Source of the DNA: Octopus bimaculoides
Lineage: Eukaryota
NCBI RefSeq assembly: GCF_001194135.2
Contig: NC_068987.1
Span: 105,038,491-105,102,490, forward strand
Length of the DNA: 64,000 nucleotides
Direction: 5' to 3'
Under the pieces are notes generated by a model. The model was given only the letters and a program-made list of their open reading frames with translations, was not told the origin of the DNA and ran no database searches. This document shows, piece after piece, positions 12,085-24,800 of the stretch. Made by a program: the position numbers and the translations under genes. Position 1 is the stretch's first letter. Each line of letters starts with the position of its first letter.

Positions 12085-12310
12085 CATTTTGAGTGTGGCC
12101 ATTGCCAGTACCGCCTGACTGGCCTTCATGCCGGTGGCACTTAAAAGTACCCACTACACTCTCGGAGTGGTTGGCGTTAGGAAGGGCATCCAGCTGTAGA
12201 AACCCTGCCAAATCAGATTGGAGCCTGGTGTAGCCATCTGGCTTCACCAGCCTCGGTCAAAGCGTCCAACCCATGCTAGCATGGAAAGCAGACGTTAAAC
12301 GATGATGATT
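12085..12310 (+). mobile_element. RTE-related 3' retroposon end, family C, (GAT)n tail
   Basis: ggagtggttggcgttaggaagggcatccagctgtagaaa...gacgttaaacgatgatgat. Further copies near 13340, 24545, 30690, 31905, 43620, 44340, 45895, 52370, 52885, 58480 and 62370. Confidence 0.8.
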
Positions 12311-15300
12311 TCATACTTTCAGTTCTTGTTATTTTTGCTTGGAATGGGTATGGATATTTTTTATACATACTAAAAAGTCTCTTTTTTTCTTCCCTTTTAC
12401 ATATTGATGCCACTGCTAACCATTATACGATGTCATGTAAGACTAGCAAGCTTGCTTGCTATGATGTGAAAACAGAATTGAAGTGCTTCTTGCAAGATAT
12501 CGCATGACTAATGGTAACTAATCAGCAAGCTTTATTAATCCTCTCAAAATATATATGAAAGTTTGTTTTACTTCATTTCTTAGTTATTTTGAAAACACAC
12601 AAATTTAAATCATTCTTACAATTAAACCTCCCTAAAATTTTTGGCCTTGCACCAAAATATGAAACTAATTATCTTAATACAATATATTGTGATATTATTA
12701 TCAGGTCTATAAGGGTGGCACAGATGGTAATGTACTCAGCAGTAATTAATTTCATTGATTAATAACAGAGTTCAGATCCTACCAGCATTGCATTTTATCT
12801 TAGCATTGTTCTCCAGGAAATATTTACTATGTTCAGTTAAATAAACTACAGTTGCTCCAACAAATAATCTTCGAGTGTACATACAAATTATATTGTGCAA
12901 GAGAAATTTATACAGGATCAAGAAACCAAGTGATTGGAACACGCCAAAACCAAAAAATGGCAGTAGGCAGAGACAACAATAACAGGATTTTTTGTTTAGT
13001 ATATCAAATTGAGAACAACAACAAATTGGCAGATGGAGTATCAAAATAAATGCTTTTTAAACTTTTAGTTTGTCCCTCTTTGTGTTGAGTTCAAACTCAG
13101 TCACTTCTACCTAAAAATAAATACCTGTAATAAATTAACATCACTTCAGTTAATTGTATCACACTGCAGCAAAACATTATCCAAGAGCCATTAAAAAAAA
13201 AATTATTTATTCTGAGCCGGTGGTGCATAGAAAGCACTGTTCAAACATTGGGTCTCACGGAGGCAGTGGGTCTCACGGAGACCTTTGGCAATATACTGTG
13301 CTTGAGAAGACTTGTCCAGGCAAATGATATTGTAGTCATGGTTGATGCCAGTGTTATGCAGCTGGCATGTAAAAAGCACCCTCTACACTCTTGGAGTGGT
13401 TGGCATCAGGAAGGGCATCCAGCCGTAGAAACCTTGCCAAATCAGATTGGAACCTGGTGTAGCTCCCCAGTTTCCAGTCAAACCATGGAAAACGGATGTT
13501 AAAGGATGATGAATAGAAATGTTTTGTTTTGTTTTTCCCAAGAAAACTTTTTCTTTCTTTCTCAAGCCCTAGGACTCTGATCACAGCATTTTCCCGAACA
13601 GGACACTAGTCCATTGCAGAATTCAAGGCTTCCATTTTTTTTTTTTTTCTGAGTGGAGGGGACAAATCAATTACAGTGACCATAGTACATCACTAGTACA
13701 TTATTTTATGATCCCAGTGGAATGAAAGACAATGTTTACCTTGGCAGGATGTTAATTTAGAACATAAAGAGGCAGAAGAAATGCTACTAAACACTTTATT
13801 TGACATGGTAATGATTCTAACAGCTTACTAACTTAAAAAAAAAATACTGACATTAAATATCAAACAACAGTAGAGAAAAAAAGCAATAAAATCTTGTGTC
13901 TGGAGGTAAACTTTTTATTCAGTTGAAGATAATGAAAGTATAAGAAATGAAAATGTTTATAATTATTTTTTTTTTTAATTGTTGCTGTAAAAAAAAAATT
14001 TGTAGGCACATTTTCAGAAGGCAGTTGGCAGTTGGCAGTTAAAGGCATTTTTAGATAATTGATCTTTTTTCCCTCTCTTCTGTTTTAGTTATTTTTGATT
14101 CTAGCCAATAGACTAGTGGAATGATTTGTCATCATTACAATTTGCCTAGGTCTGTCTTTTCAAACTGCTTATTCTACTGCATTTATAAACTCAAAAGTGG
14201 AATAGTGAAAGATTTCATGGTTTATGGAGTTAATTTCAGCTAAGTTTTATTCATATTAAAAAAAAAAACATTTTTTTTTTTAACCTTAGAATTGAAATAT
14301 TTCTTCATTGTTTTATTCATGAAGCTAGAATATTGATAATACATAAATTGGCACTGCAAAGGATGTGGTGAACCCATCTGTGAATTCTAACCTCAAAACT
14401 GGAAAGGTTAGATATAAAAAAAAAACTCTCTTAAATTGCTAGAAGTCACAAAAGACACTTAAATTTTAAAATACATGCACTGAGCAATCGCATTATCAAA
14501 AAGTTTGAATTTAGTTTTCAAAATCTTTTAAAATGCTAATAAAATTTAAGAAAAAGTAATAAGAATGCATGTTTTAATGTTTAAAGTAGATACTGACCAT
14601 GTCATAAGGACTGGTTTAATGAACTCTATATGTAATATAAATAGTGAAAAAATTTTTATTTCATGCCCATGTTCCTGTGTATTTAGCAATTAACGAATAA
14701 TTCTGATGATGAAACTGTTGTAAAAGGGCAATGTATAGACTTGTGACGGGTTACATCTTTGGTGAAGCGGAATTAAAAGTATATAGTTGAAATTTAAGTC
14801 ATTACGGAACCATATATCATAGAAAACTGAAGAGAACCAGATTAATCTCCTTACTGTGAGAATCAGAGAGTGTAAAATTTTTAGAATGGAATTTGACAGG
14901 AAAGAATGGTAACAGAGATTATGTATCAGCTAGAGATGCTAGGCAGTTTGGAGATGCTATGTAATTATTTAATGAGCAGTTGAAATGTAAGAGTAGATGA
15001 GATAATTAAAATGATTTTGAGACTGCTGAGCACAGCAAAATGGTTTGTAAGGGTTATTAAATACATACACGACCAATGCTAAAAACTATAAGAACCATAA
15101 GCCAACAATAGAAACACTGACGTTACCTGCAAATTTCCCTCAGATCACTCTATTATCTTAAAGAAACAAGACACAGTGAGTCCTAGATACACTGAAAGCA
15201 TAAGAAAATAGGATGCTCATGGCTGGAATGCTCCTGATCATAGGCAGTCTAAACAGAGATGACCTGGGACTAAACAACAACCGTCAAGACTATGACTATA

Positions 15301-16028
15301 TTATACCCCTAAAAAGAAACTCCTATGCATTGTTTCTTTTCAACAGGTCTAACAATTCAGGAATGGATACCTTGGTTTGATTATTTCAGACACAGTATGG
15401 ATATTTAAGACCTTGAAGTTGGAATAAGAGTGAAAGAAACTGGTGATAAATAAGGGTTGAGACTGAGCAAATGAAATAGGATATGCTTTTAGAAAAATAT
15501 TAGTGTTGTGTTATTGCCAAAAATTGGTTATATAATGTATACAGTGATATTTTTCACAGACTGACAATATATATATATGGATCTTTCTCAGGCAGTGACT
15601 GTGTTTATACAACTATTGATATATGTAATCATACAACACAGTGGTGAAACACTCTAAACAATAATGGTCATTTAGGTTATTTGCAGAATTACCAGTTCAT
15701 ACGTTAAATGCATAAGAGTATTTGATAAAAGTGATACGCGTGGCAATGGGAGAGCTGAAAAAAACCCACAAGGCATGAGAGCCTAGAATTAAATTTATGC
15801 AGCCTATTTAAATAAAAGGAAAGCAGCTTGATTCTTTCTGGAGAAATATGTACAATAGAAATATAAACTTTCTGTATCATTAAGATGGAGAATAATTAGG
15901 ACATATACCAATGATAAATATGATGACATAAAATATATTTCATCGTGTGTGTCTATCTACCTGAATATTAATCAGATGAAAAATCAGAATGATGCATGTA
16001 TGATAAAACTCACAATCATCATCTTTAT

Positions 16029-16069
<41 letters not shown>
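16029..16069. repeat. (TAG)n microsatellite
   Basis: Direct inspection. Confidence 0.95.
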
Positions 16070-16070
<1 letters not shown>

Positions 16071-17799
16071 GATTGATAAAATAGAGAATGTCATGTACTG
16101 ATTCTTGGTTGATAGTATTAGTTAAAACCACCTCTTAGATTTCAGGCTTTGCACCCATGATAGAAACATTATTATTATTGTTTATTATCAGCAGCAGCAG
16201 CAGGGGGTGGCAGAATTGTTAATGTTGGACAAAATATCTTGGGGTATTTACATCCTGAGTTCAAATCTTCCCATGTTAAGTTTATTTTATCGACCCTGGA
16301 AGAATGAAAGCTAAAGCACCATTATTAGTACTGAAGCCAATTCAATTGACTTTTCCCCTCCACCTTGTACCTATGTTAGAAATTAGTTGTGGTGGTGCTG
16401 TGTCATGGAAAACAGGGATTGTGAATTCACTTGAACTACATTTCTAGTAATGACACCTTATTGAAAGTTTTCATCGAAGTCAGGTTTTTTCAGGTAAATA
16501 AAATTTTTTTGTCTGAATATGAAAAAAAAGAGATTCGAGATGAGAAACACCAATTGTTTTGACCGACTAAAAATCTAATATGGAGAAAAATAATTATATA
16601 GACTATCTCCAACACACTAAAAATATATTTTTAAAATGGTGAAGAAGACGAAACATTAAGCAGTTACTGCTCTGCTTAGCAATGGAAATAGGAATGGTTT
16701 CCAAGAAACATATGGTTGTTTAAGATACTAAAAAGTATATTATTTTTATTTTTAGAAAATAATAATAATTTCTGAAATAGAAAAAATTAAAATTTTTTTA
16801 AAATCTCAGATAATTTGAGACCCTAATCTCTAGTGAAAGTATGACCCACATTTTGAGATTATAGTAGTCTGTATTTCTTTTCTCAGAGTATATTTGAAGC
16901 CAGTGAAATAAGGAGTTAATAATTTTGTTAGTCAAGATAAGCTTTGTAAATTATGCCTGTTCATGCATTGGTAACTAGTGTTAAATATGTACTTCTACTA
17001 CAGGGAATGTGTAAGTACAATGGTTTAGAAGCTTTTGAATTTTTTTGTGTTGCCTGGAAGATACTGAAGAAGAGGGAAATGCAATTGTCAATTTTGGAAA
17101 CAATAGAGGAATTAATAAGAATTTCAGCCTGATCAACAAAGAAGAATTTGCTGATATTATTTTAGTGTTATATTGAGCAGAATATGAGCAAGTAATCAGT
17201 TGGTTGATATGTCAGATGGAATGAATTTGCCAACTATGACTTCTGATTTAGTGGGTGGTGGGTAGTATGAGGTAGCAATTGATGATTCACAATGGCAATG
17301 GAATTAAAGATGATAAACGGTAAATGTTACATTTAAAACATTCATATATTAGCATTTTATACAAGTATATTTTTTTTTTAACATATATACTTTTATTAAC
17401 TTGGCAAATTTTCTGCAGAAACAAACTAGAAATTCATTATCTTCCATAAAAATAGGCTTCAAAATATCAATTTCACAGCTGGCAAATTAGCATACTTGAT
17501 TGAGCTTTTGTCAAAGTTAATACATCATGAAAGCACTTTAAAAATATACACAGAACAGACGGTTTATTTCTTCAAAAAATATTCCGTCTTTTTCTCTCTC
17601 TTATCTAAAAATGTACATCATATTTTATGAAAACAGATACAAAAGATAAAAAGCATGCTTCCAAGTTGATAAGTAAGGGCAGTGGAGTAGCACAAATGAT
17701 AGAGTACTAAACTAAATTACTTCATTACTTTATCTCTTTCCTGTCTCAACGGTCATTAGTGCGGATTCCATAGAGCTAGGTATATGAGTCAACTTGCTC

Positions 17800-18920
17800 T
17801 ACTATATGAACCAGTAGTGGTCTTTGCTTTTCATAAAAATAATGATGTTATCTTTGGCATTAGCAAACCCTTCTACTGTGTTTTCTATGAGGGCCTCTGA
17901 ATTAGATCTCCTTCCTATAAATTCTATTCATTTCTCACTTCATACACTGAAAGTCATTCTTTCTACTTTCTCTTCTAATTGTATTTCTTCCATTTTTTTT
18001 TTTCCTTCTTCCCTTCATATACTATCAAATCAGAGGTACCTCACAGCATTTGGTTATGTCTCCCCGCTCTCATCCTTTGGCACACCAATGACCTACTTGC
18101 TGTTACTTAAAATAAAAAGCACGCATAACTATAAAAATGATTCCTTATTAACCTTCAACAAACAGTTGTCATCCACATGCAACTTACACCCATCATATCA
18201 GACTTGCAATGTTTCCATAAACAGACTTCATAAACGTTTTCCAATGAGAATATTCTTCAACAGCTTGATGATGTAATCACTGCACATGTCGAAGCAGCAG
18301 CCAGCACTCCTTATGCATAAACAACCCTGCTAAACCCTTGAAACTGCAACACCACTGCACTCAACACTTTCTGTTGATTATTCAGTGACCAAAACATTTA
18401 CATTTCCAAAACAGCACTGCAAGTGCTCAACTTTTCTTTAGAGCCAGAAATTATTTTGGCTTTGATCAGTTGCAGAATCTCTATAAAGCTCAAGGGCTCT
18501 GCTGGATCAGTTCTGCTGCTACACAAAGATATACGTTCTAGACCACTCTGCAAAAAGGCCCATTGGGCTGGCACAAGTTCACTCACTACCAAATTAAAAC
18601 AGTTTCTGAAGTACCAAGTCACATACCACCTCCACCTAATCACTCACTTTTCCTTTCAACACCCCTACTGTGTGGCCCCATGCTAAATACTTAGATCAAT
18701 CTTTGTTCTGGAAATTCCACTCCAACACGTTTTTTCCAGTCAGAGATAATCTCTATGTGCCATAGTACTGCACATCATCATCTGACAAATTAATGGAAGA
18801 TATTTCAACACTTTACTTCAAATAGCACAAATTGTTTTTGCCTTTTATCTCTCCAGCTTTGATGAAACAATTACCAGTCATTTGCAAGAGTCAATTCAAC
18901 GGACTGTCTCCCTCTTGCAA
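17800..18920 (-). mobile_element. Degenerate RTE LINE 3' half
   Basis: Purine-rich minus strand with remnants resembling the RTE RT C-terminal region; heavily mutated. Confidence 0.55.
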
Positions 18921-19374
18921 ATATGTGGTAATGTAAAAAATAATTTCAAGGTGTAGAAAGAAACTACAGTTTGCTATGTCAAAGACGTGTAGCTCCTAAT
19001 TCAATTATACATAAAAAATAAGTATCATGTTGAGATGGAGCTCACAATTATAAGCTATAGATCACTGCATAATTAAATACTTAACATTCTGAGCTCCATT
19101 ATTCATGGGACTGGATAAGGCAATATGAAGCCAAACCAGTTCTTCCCTTGAATCACTATAAAAGCATTTATATGTGATCCAAAAGTTTATGAGATGTTAC
19201 TTTTAAAGTGTTAGGTCAGTAGAAAACTATTCGGAAAATGGATTACTTTTTTTTATTTAATAAAAACTAGAATTCAATGAAGCTTAATGAATGCTTATGC
19301 ACACATGAAGGTGGAAGCAGAGATTGTCCAGTGGACAGAGTATGAATTAAAAGGAAGCAGTTTAGGAAACAGCA

Positions 19375-19465
19375 ACTACTATCAGTATCAATGTATTTGC
19401 CTTTCGATGGAAGGCTGACTACTATCAGTATCAATGTATTTGCCTTTCGATGGAAGGCTGACTAC
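19375..19465. repeat. Perfect 43-bp tandem duplication (2.1 copies)
   Basis: actactatcagtatcaatgtatttgcctttcgatggaaggctg at 19375-19417 and 19418-19460. Confidence 0.95.
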
Positions 19466-20884
19466 ATCAGGAATGTGTAAAAATTGCAGTGATAGACGAA
19501 GACATGCAACAAGTAGAGAGAAACATTTAACAGGATCCACTGAAAGCAGGTTTCTAGTTTGCAAGAGACAATTACAAATGGGTTAAGAAATGGAACAAAC
19601 ATCAATGGCATTTACCAATATATGCAGTAGAGAAGACTGCAGTAATAGGTAGGTAAATGGTGGCAAAGCAACAACTTGATGGTAGATGTTAGCCACAGAA
19701 GAGTAGGCTATGGAAGACTGAGGAAGTAATAGTAGAGCTGAAGGTGATGCCTGAGAAAATTGGGCTGCACACATAAAGTGACACAAGATTGTTTTCTGTG
19801 GAAATGTACGGCACTTCAGAACTATTCAAACCCTTCTTGCATAGAAAATCAGATATTTAGACGGTGTTGATATATATATATATATATATATGTATGTATA
19901 TAATTGCAGCATGGAACACGATCTCAGATCAGGTCACTTGCTATGCAAGTACATATCCGTAATATATATATATATTTATATTCCAACTAGAACCATATTA
20001 GCAGAGCGTATTGGTATATTGATTCTTATCTCATTACCCCTTAACATAGAAATTTATCTTTACTCACATTCCTAAATTGAAGCTCTGTAAAACCAAGCTT
20101 TTCATTTATCAAACAGCAGATTTTTGCCTTAAAAATTGAAAAACCTTCATTTAACAATGGGAGAAAATCATTGTAATATACCAAATAAAAAGGGAGAACC
20201 TCATTCATATCTGAATGAGTACATATAGACATGTAAGCATATTTTTTAAAATGTTAAAAAAATTTAATTTGTTTAGTTCTTCCTCCATTTTTAGTAAGAG
20301 TTGATGAGTCAATCGTTTCCATATTAAAGAATTTACATTTTTTTTTTTTTTTACAGTCATGTTTTAATATAATTTGTATTCACATGAATTTGTTATAATG
20401 ATTCATGGGCTCATATTTAGGTTATATAGTTCAAGTTTCTCTTCCAAAGACTGGAAGAGAAACCGTAGAGTATAAAGAAAACATTTGCTTTAAGAGAATA
20501 TAGACAATATTTGATAGCATATAAATTTCAATGATTATACAAACATACAAAATTTTACATATCAAAATGCACTTAAATATATAAACTATGCTATTTTTAC
20601 TCATATATATATATATATATAGACATCTCAATAATACTGGTCCCACTTATAGTAAACACGTTTATATATCATTAGTCTTGTATGTATGCACATATCATCA
20701 TATAGGACAAAAATGTAGTTAAAATAAACCATTTAGTCACACACACACACACACACACACTCATACACATACATTCACAGCAGAAACAACAATAACAATT
20801 TCCATTCAATATATATATATATATATACAGACAAGATGCTGTGGCTATCCCAATTTCTTTCAGTGTTTCCTCATTGCCAATCAC

Positions 20885-20893
20885 TTACTCTTC
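20885..20893 (-). CDS. CORO7: CORO7 terminal exon coding part (EE*)
   Basis: ctctttttatttcag|GAA GAG TAA followed by AT-rich UTR-like sequence; parallels the short acidic ending after Trp in human CORO7. Confidence 0.72.
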   Translation of the reverse strand, partial: EE

Positions 20894-21833
20894 CTGAAAT
20901 AAAAAGAGATAAAGAATAATAATAATTTTGGCACAGGGCCATTAAGTTTAGGGAAGGGGCTAAATCAATTAAATTAACCCCAATGTTAAACTGGTACTTA
21001 TTTTATTGATCCCCAAAAGGATGTAGGGCAAAGTCAATCCCAGCGGAATGTAAACTCAGAACATAAAAATGGATGAAATGCTAACGGCTCTGCCACCTCA
21101 CCACCTAAATAATAATAATGATGGTGGTGGTGGTGGTGGTGGTAATGATGATGATAACGATAATGTAGCAGCTACGAGAGTCAAACATGAAGGTTATTCC
21201 TATTGTCATCGAAGCATTGGGTTCAATACCACCCAATCTGAAAAAAAAAACATCTGGAAACCTTAAAAATACCCTACAATCTAGATGTAATGCAAAAGTT
21301 GGCATTGCTTACAACTGCACGCATATTGCGTAAATTACTGTCTGTTTGAGGTCCTTGTTGTGACTTGGCAAACACTACAAATCCCCGGTAGACACAATAT
21401 CTTCAATCAATAAACTTACGATATTGTATACTGTGCAATATCTTAAATAATAATAATGATAATAATTGATTCTAGTTTTATGGGCCACAAGGGCTAATAT
21501 AAATTAAAAACATGTAAGAACAAAGACAGGACGAAGCTTACAAAGGGTTTTGTCCGAAAAGAAAACGTTCGTGTAAACAATGGAAAAACAGAGAAAGATA
21601 TAACAATAATGATAATAATGATGAGGACGATGATGATGATAATCCTTTCTACTGGAGGCACAAGGCTTGAAATTTCTGGGGGAGGGGATCAGTCAATGAC
21701 ATTGAACCCAGTGTTTCACTGGTACTTAATTTATCAAACCCGAAAGGAAGGCAAAGTCGACCTCAGCAGAATTTGAACTCAGAACATGAAGACAGACAAA
21801 ACACTGCTAAACATTTTGGCTGGCATGCTAACG

Positions 21834-21880
<47 letters not shown>

Positions 21881-24800
21881 TATTATAATAATAATAATGA
21901 TAATATTAATCCTTTCTATTAAAGGCACAAGGCTTGAAATTTGGGGGGGAGGGGTCTAGTCAATTACATTGTTTCGCTGGTACTTAATTCATCGACCCCA
22001 AAAGGATGAAAGGCAAAGTCAACCTCGGTGGAATTTGAACTCAGAACGTGAAGACAGATGAAATGCCATTTAGCATTTCAGCCAGCATGCTAACAATTTC
22101 GCCAGCTCACTGCCTTAATAATAATAATCCTTTCTACTATAGGCACAAGGCCTGAAATTCTTGGGGGAGGGGGACTAGTCAATTACATTAACACCAGTGC
22201 TCAACTGGTACTTATTTCATCGATCCCAAAAGGATGAAAGGAAAAGTCGACCTCGGCAGCATTTGAACTCAGAAAGTAGCAGCAGACGAAATACTGCTAA
22301 GCATTTCGCCCGGCATACTAACAATTCTGCCAGCCGGCCACCTCATTGATAATAATAATAATAATCTTTTCTACTCTAGGCACAAGGACTGAAATTTGGG
22401 GGGATAGGGCCAGTCGATTAGATTGACCCCAGTACGTAACTGGTACTTAATTTATCGACCCTGAGGTATTTGGCCTGAAACAACATGCTGGCCATAAGAG
22501 ATATTATCTCAATACAAATACTACAGTAACGGGTTTTTCAACAGTGTATGATACATAAAGGACTACCATAAATCCTCAAGTATAGTCCGCCCTTGAGTAT
22601 AAAACGCAGGGGATTTTTAGGGGGCTGTACCTCTGAAAAACCTAAACTTTGTGTATAATACACACCCCTTCTCTAACTTGAGTCAAGGAGGTCTATATAA
22701 CGTCCTTCATTTGTAAACGTATATATGGTAACATCCTTTATTATTATCATATATATAACATAATGCAAACGTGTAGCTTTTTTGTGCACTTTGTTTGCAG
22801 AAAATAAAGAACGTCAGTGAAAAATAAATATTAAGTAAATTGCCTTTACATATTTATCACTTTGAAAATTTTGCTTAGAAACTATTTTTCATTTTTAACC
22901 TTGTATATAGTACGCTTTAGAAATTTTGACCTTTAAATTTTGGGGAAAAAGTGCAGATTATACTCATGGATTTACGGTATTTTAAATAACTGATATGTTT
23001 TTTTGTTTTTTTTTTGATGGAGTGGGGTTGTTCTGCTTACGGAAAATATGTTTCAATAAACACATACCCATTCATCAGAGTCAACTCCTTCAGTTAAATC
23101 TTGTTCCAATGGGTCTTCTCTTACATCCAACTTAGACGTCATTGCTCCAATCAGCTAAACAAGATAAAATGCAAATCACCAATCAAATAAGTTTTAACAA
23201 AGATAAACTATTTAATATCTATTGCAGAATGTCTGTTCTAGTCATAACCATGTTCCCATCTACAGCATGTTGAGGAAGCTGCTAAATGGTTGCTTGATCT
23301 ACTTGAAATAGCAGCAAAATTTCCCTGAAAACATACCCTACCATCTTAAATAAATAAGTACATAGGTCAATGTGCTTTAATCATTGAAATAAAAGAAGTA
23401 CAAGATGGTCATGGTTAGAATGCTTTTGATCATAGGTCTGCTCAATTAGGGTTGACCTGGGTTTAAACAACAACTTCACCCTTCCCTGTCCTGTATTGAA
23501 TAAAATCTTTAGATAATTATTTTAGATCATTATTACTCTTTTACTCTTTTACTTGTTTCAGTCATTTGACTGCAGCCATGCTGGAGCACCGCCTTTAGTC
23601 GAGCAAATCGACCCCGGGACTTATTCTTTGTAAGCCTAGTACTTATTCTATCGATCTCTTTTGCTGAACCACTAAGTTACGGGGACGTAAACACACCAGC
23701 ATCGGTTGTCAATCAATGCTAGGGGGACAAACACAGACACAGACACACACACACATATATATACATATATACGACGGGCTTCTTTCAGTTTCCGTCTACC
23801 AAATCCATTCACAAGGCTTTGGTCAGCCCGAGGCTATAGTAGAAGACACATGCCCAAGATGCCATGCAGTGGGACTGAACCTGGAACCATGTGGTTGATA
23901 AGCAAGCTACTTACCACACAGCCACTCCTGTGCCTATTCATCCACTTCGTTTTATTTTATGATAATATTACACTGACTTAAAGTAAATTGTAACAGTACT
24001 CACAGAGAAATGTTCAAAAATGAAGAAATAACAAACAAAAAATGACAGTGCCCCAGCATGTGCACAGCCCACTGACTGATACTAGTAAAAGAATGAAGAT
24101 AACTAAATTTAAAATTATGCTTCTCCTAAAGGTGACTATAGAAGTATCTTCCATAGGATGACTAAAAGCTTCTCAATAAAAATACTTAAAAACACCAGAT
24201 GGAATTCAGCAATCTTTTACTCTCTTACTGGTTCCAGCCAGCTAGCTGTGGCCACGCAGGGGTGATCAGATATATTTCATCTAATTTACTCTTTGATTAG
24301 TTACAGCCAGCTAGCTGTGGCAATGCTGGGGTGACACCATTCTACAAACAGAAAAGCTTTGTCAGTTGCTATCATAGCATGTTAATTTTCTTTTTTAATT
24401 ATGGAGTATGCATAATTATTGCAGATTATATGCAGGTTTTTTTCCAATGAGTATAAAGTTTCATTATGGGGTTTCTTTAAATTACGCAAAGGTTATCCTA
24501 AACAATATTTTGGAAACAACAGTCACATTATATATGGGACAATGTAATCATCATCATCATCATCATCATCGTTTAACGTCTGCCTTCCATGCTAGCATGG
24601 GTTGGACGACTTGACTGAGGACTGGTGAAACCGGATGGTAACACCAGGCTCCAATCTAAATTTGGCAGAGTTTCTACAGCTGGATGCCCTTCCTAACGCC
24701 AACCACTCAGAGAGTGTAGCCACTCAGAGAGTGTAATCATTCAACATATTCAAATTTCTGCAAGCTGATGTGCTGCATGGAGAATGAGAAATCATGTAGT

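Noticed and set aside
14703-14722. CTGATGA-T-GAAA hammerhead-like words
   Set aside because: No stem II between the boxes; expected by chance in AT-rich DNA.
17824-18276. 150-aa plus-strand ORF
   Set aside because: Antisense to a decayed RTE fragment; no domain, no splice support.
19420-19475. Minus-strand CTGATG...CGAAA near the 43-bp duplication
   Set aside because: The core box is CTGATGT, not CTGANGA, and no stems form.
21640-22465. Regularly spaced repeats resembling a CRISPR array
   Set aside because: Units are roughly 200-bp SINE copies with microsatellite spacers in a eukaryotic intron; no cas genes.
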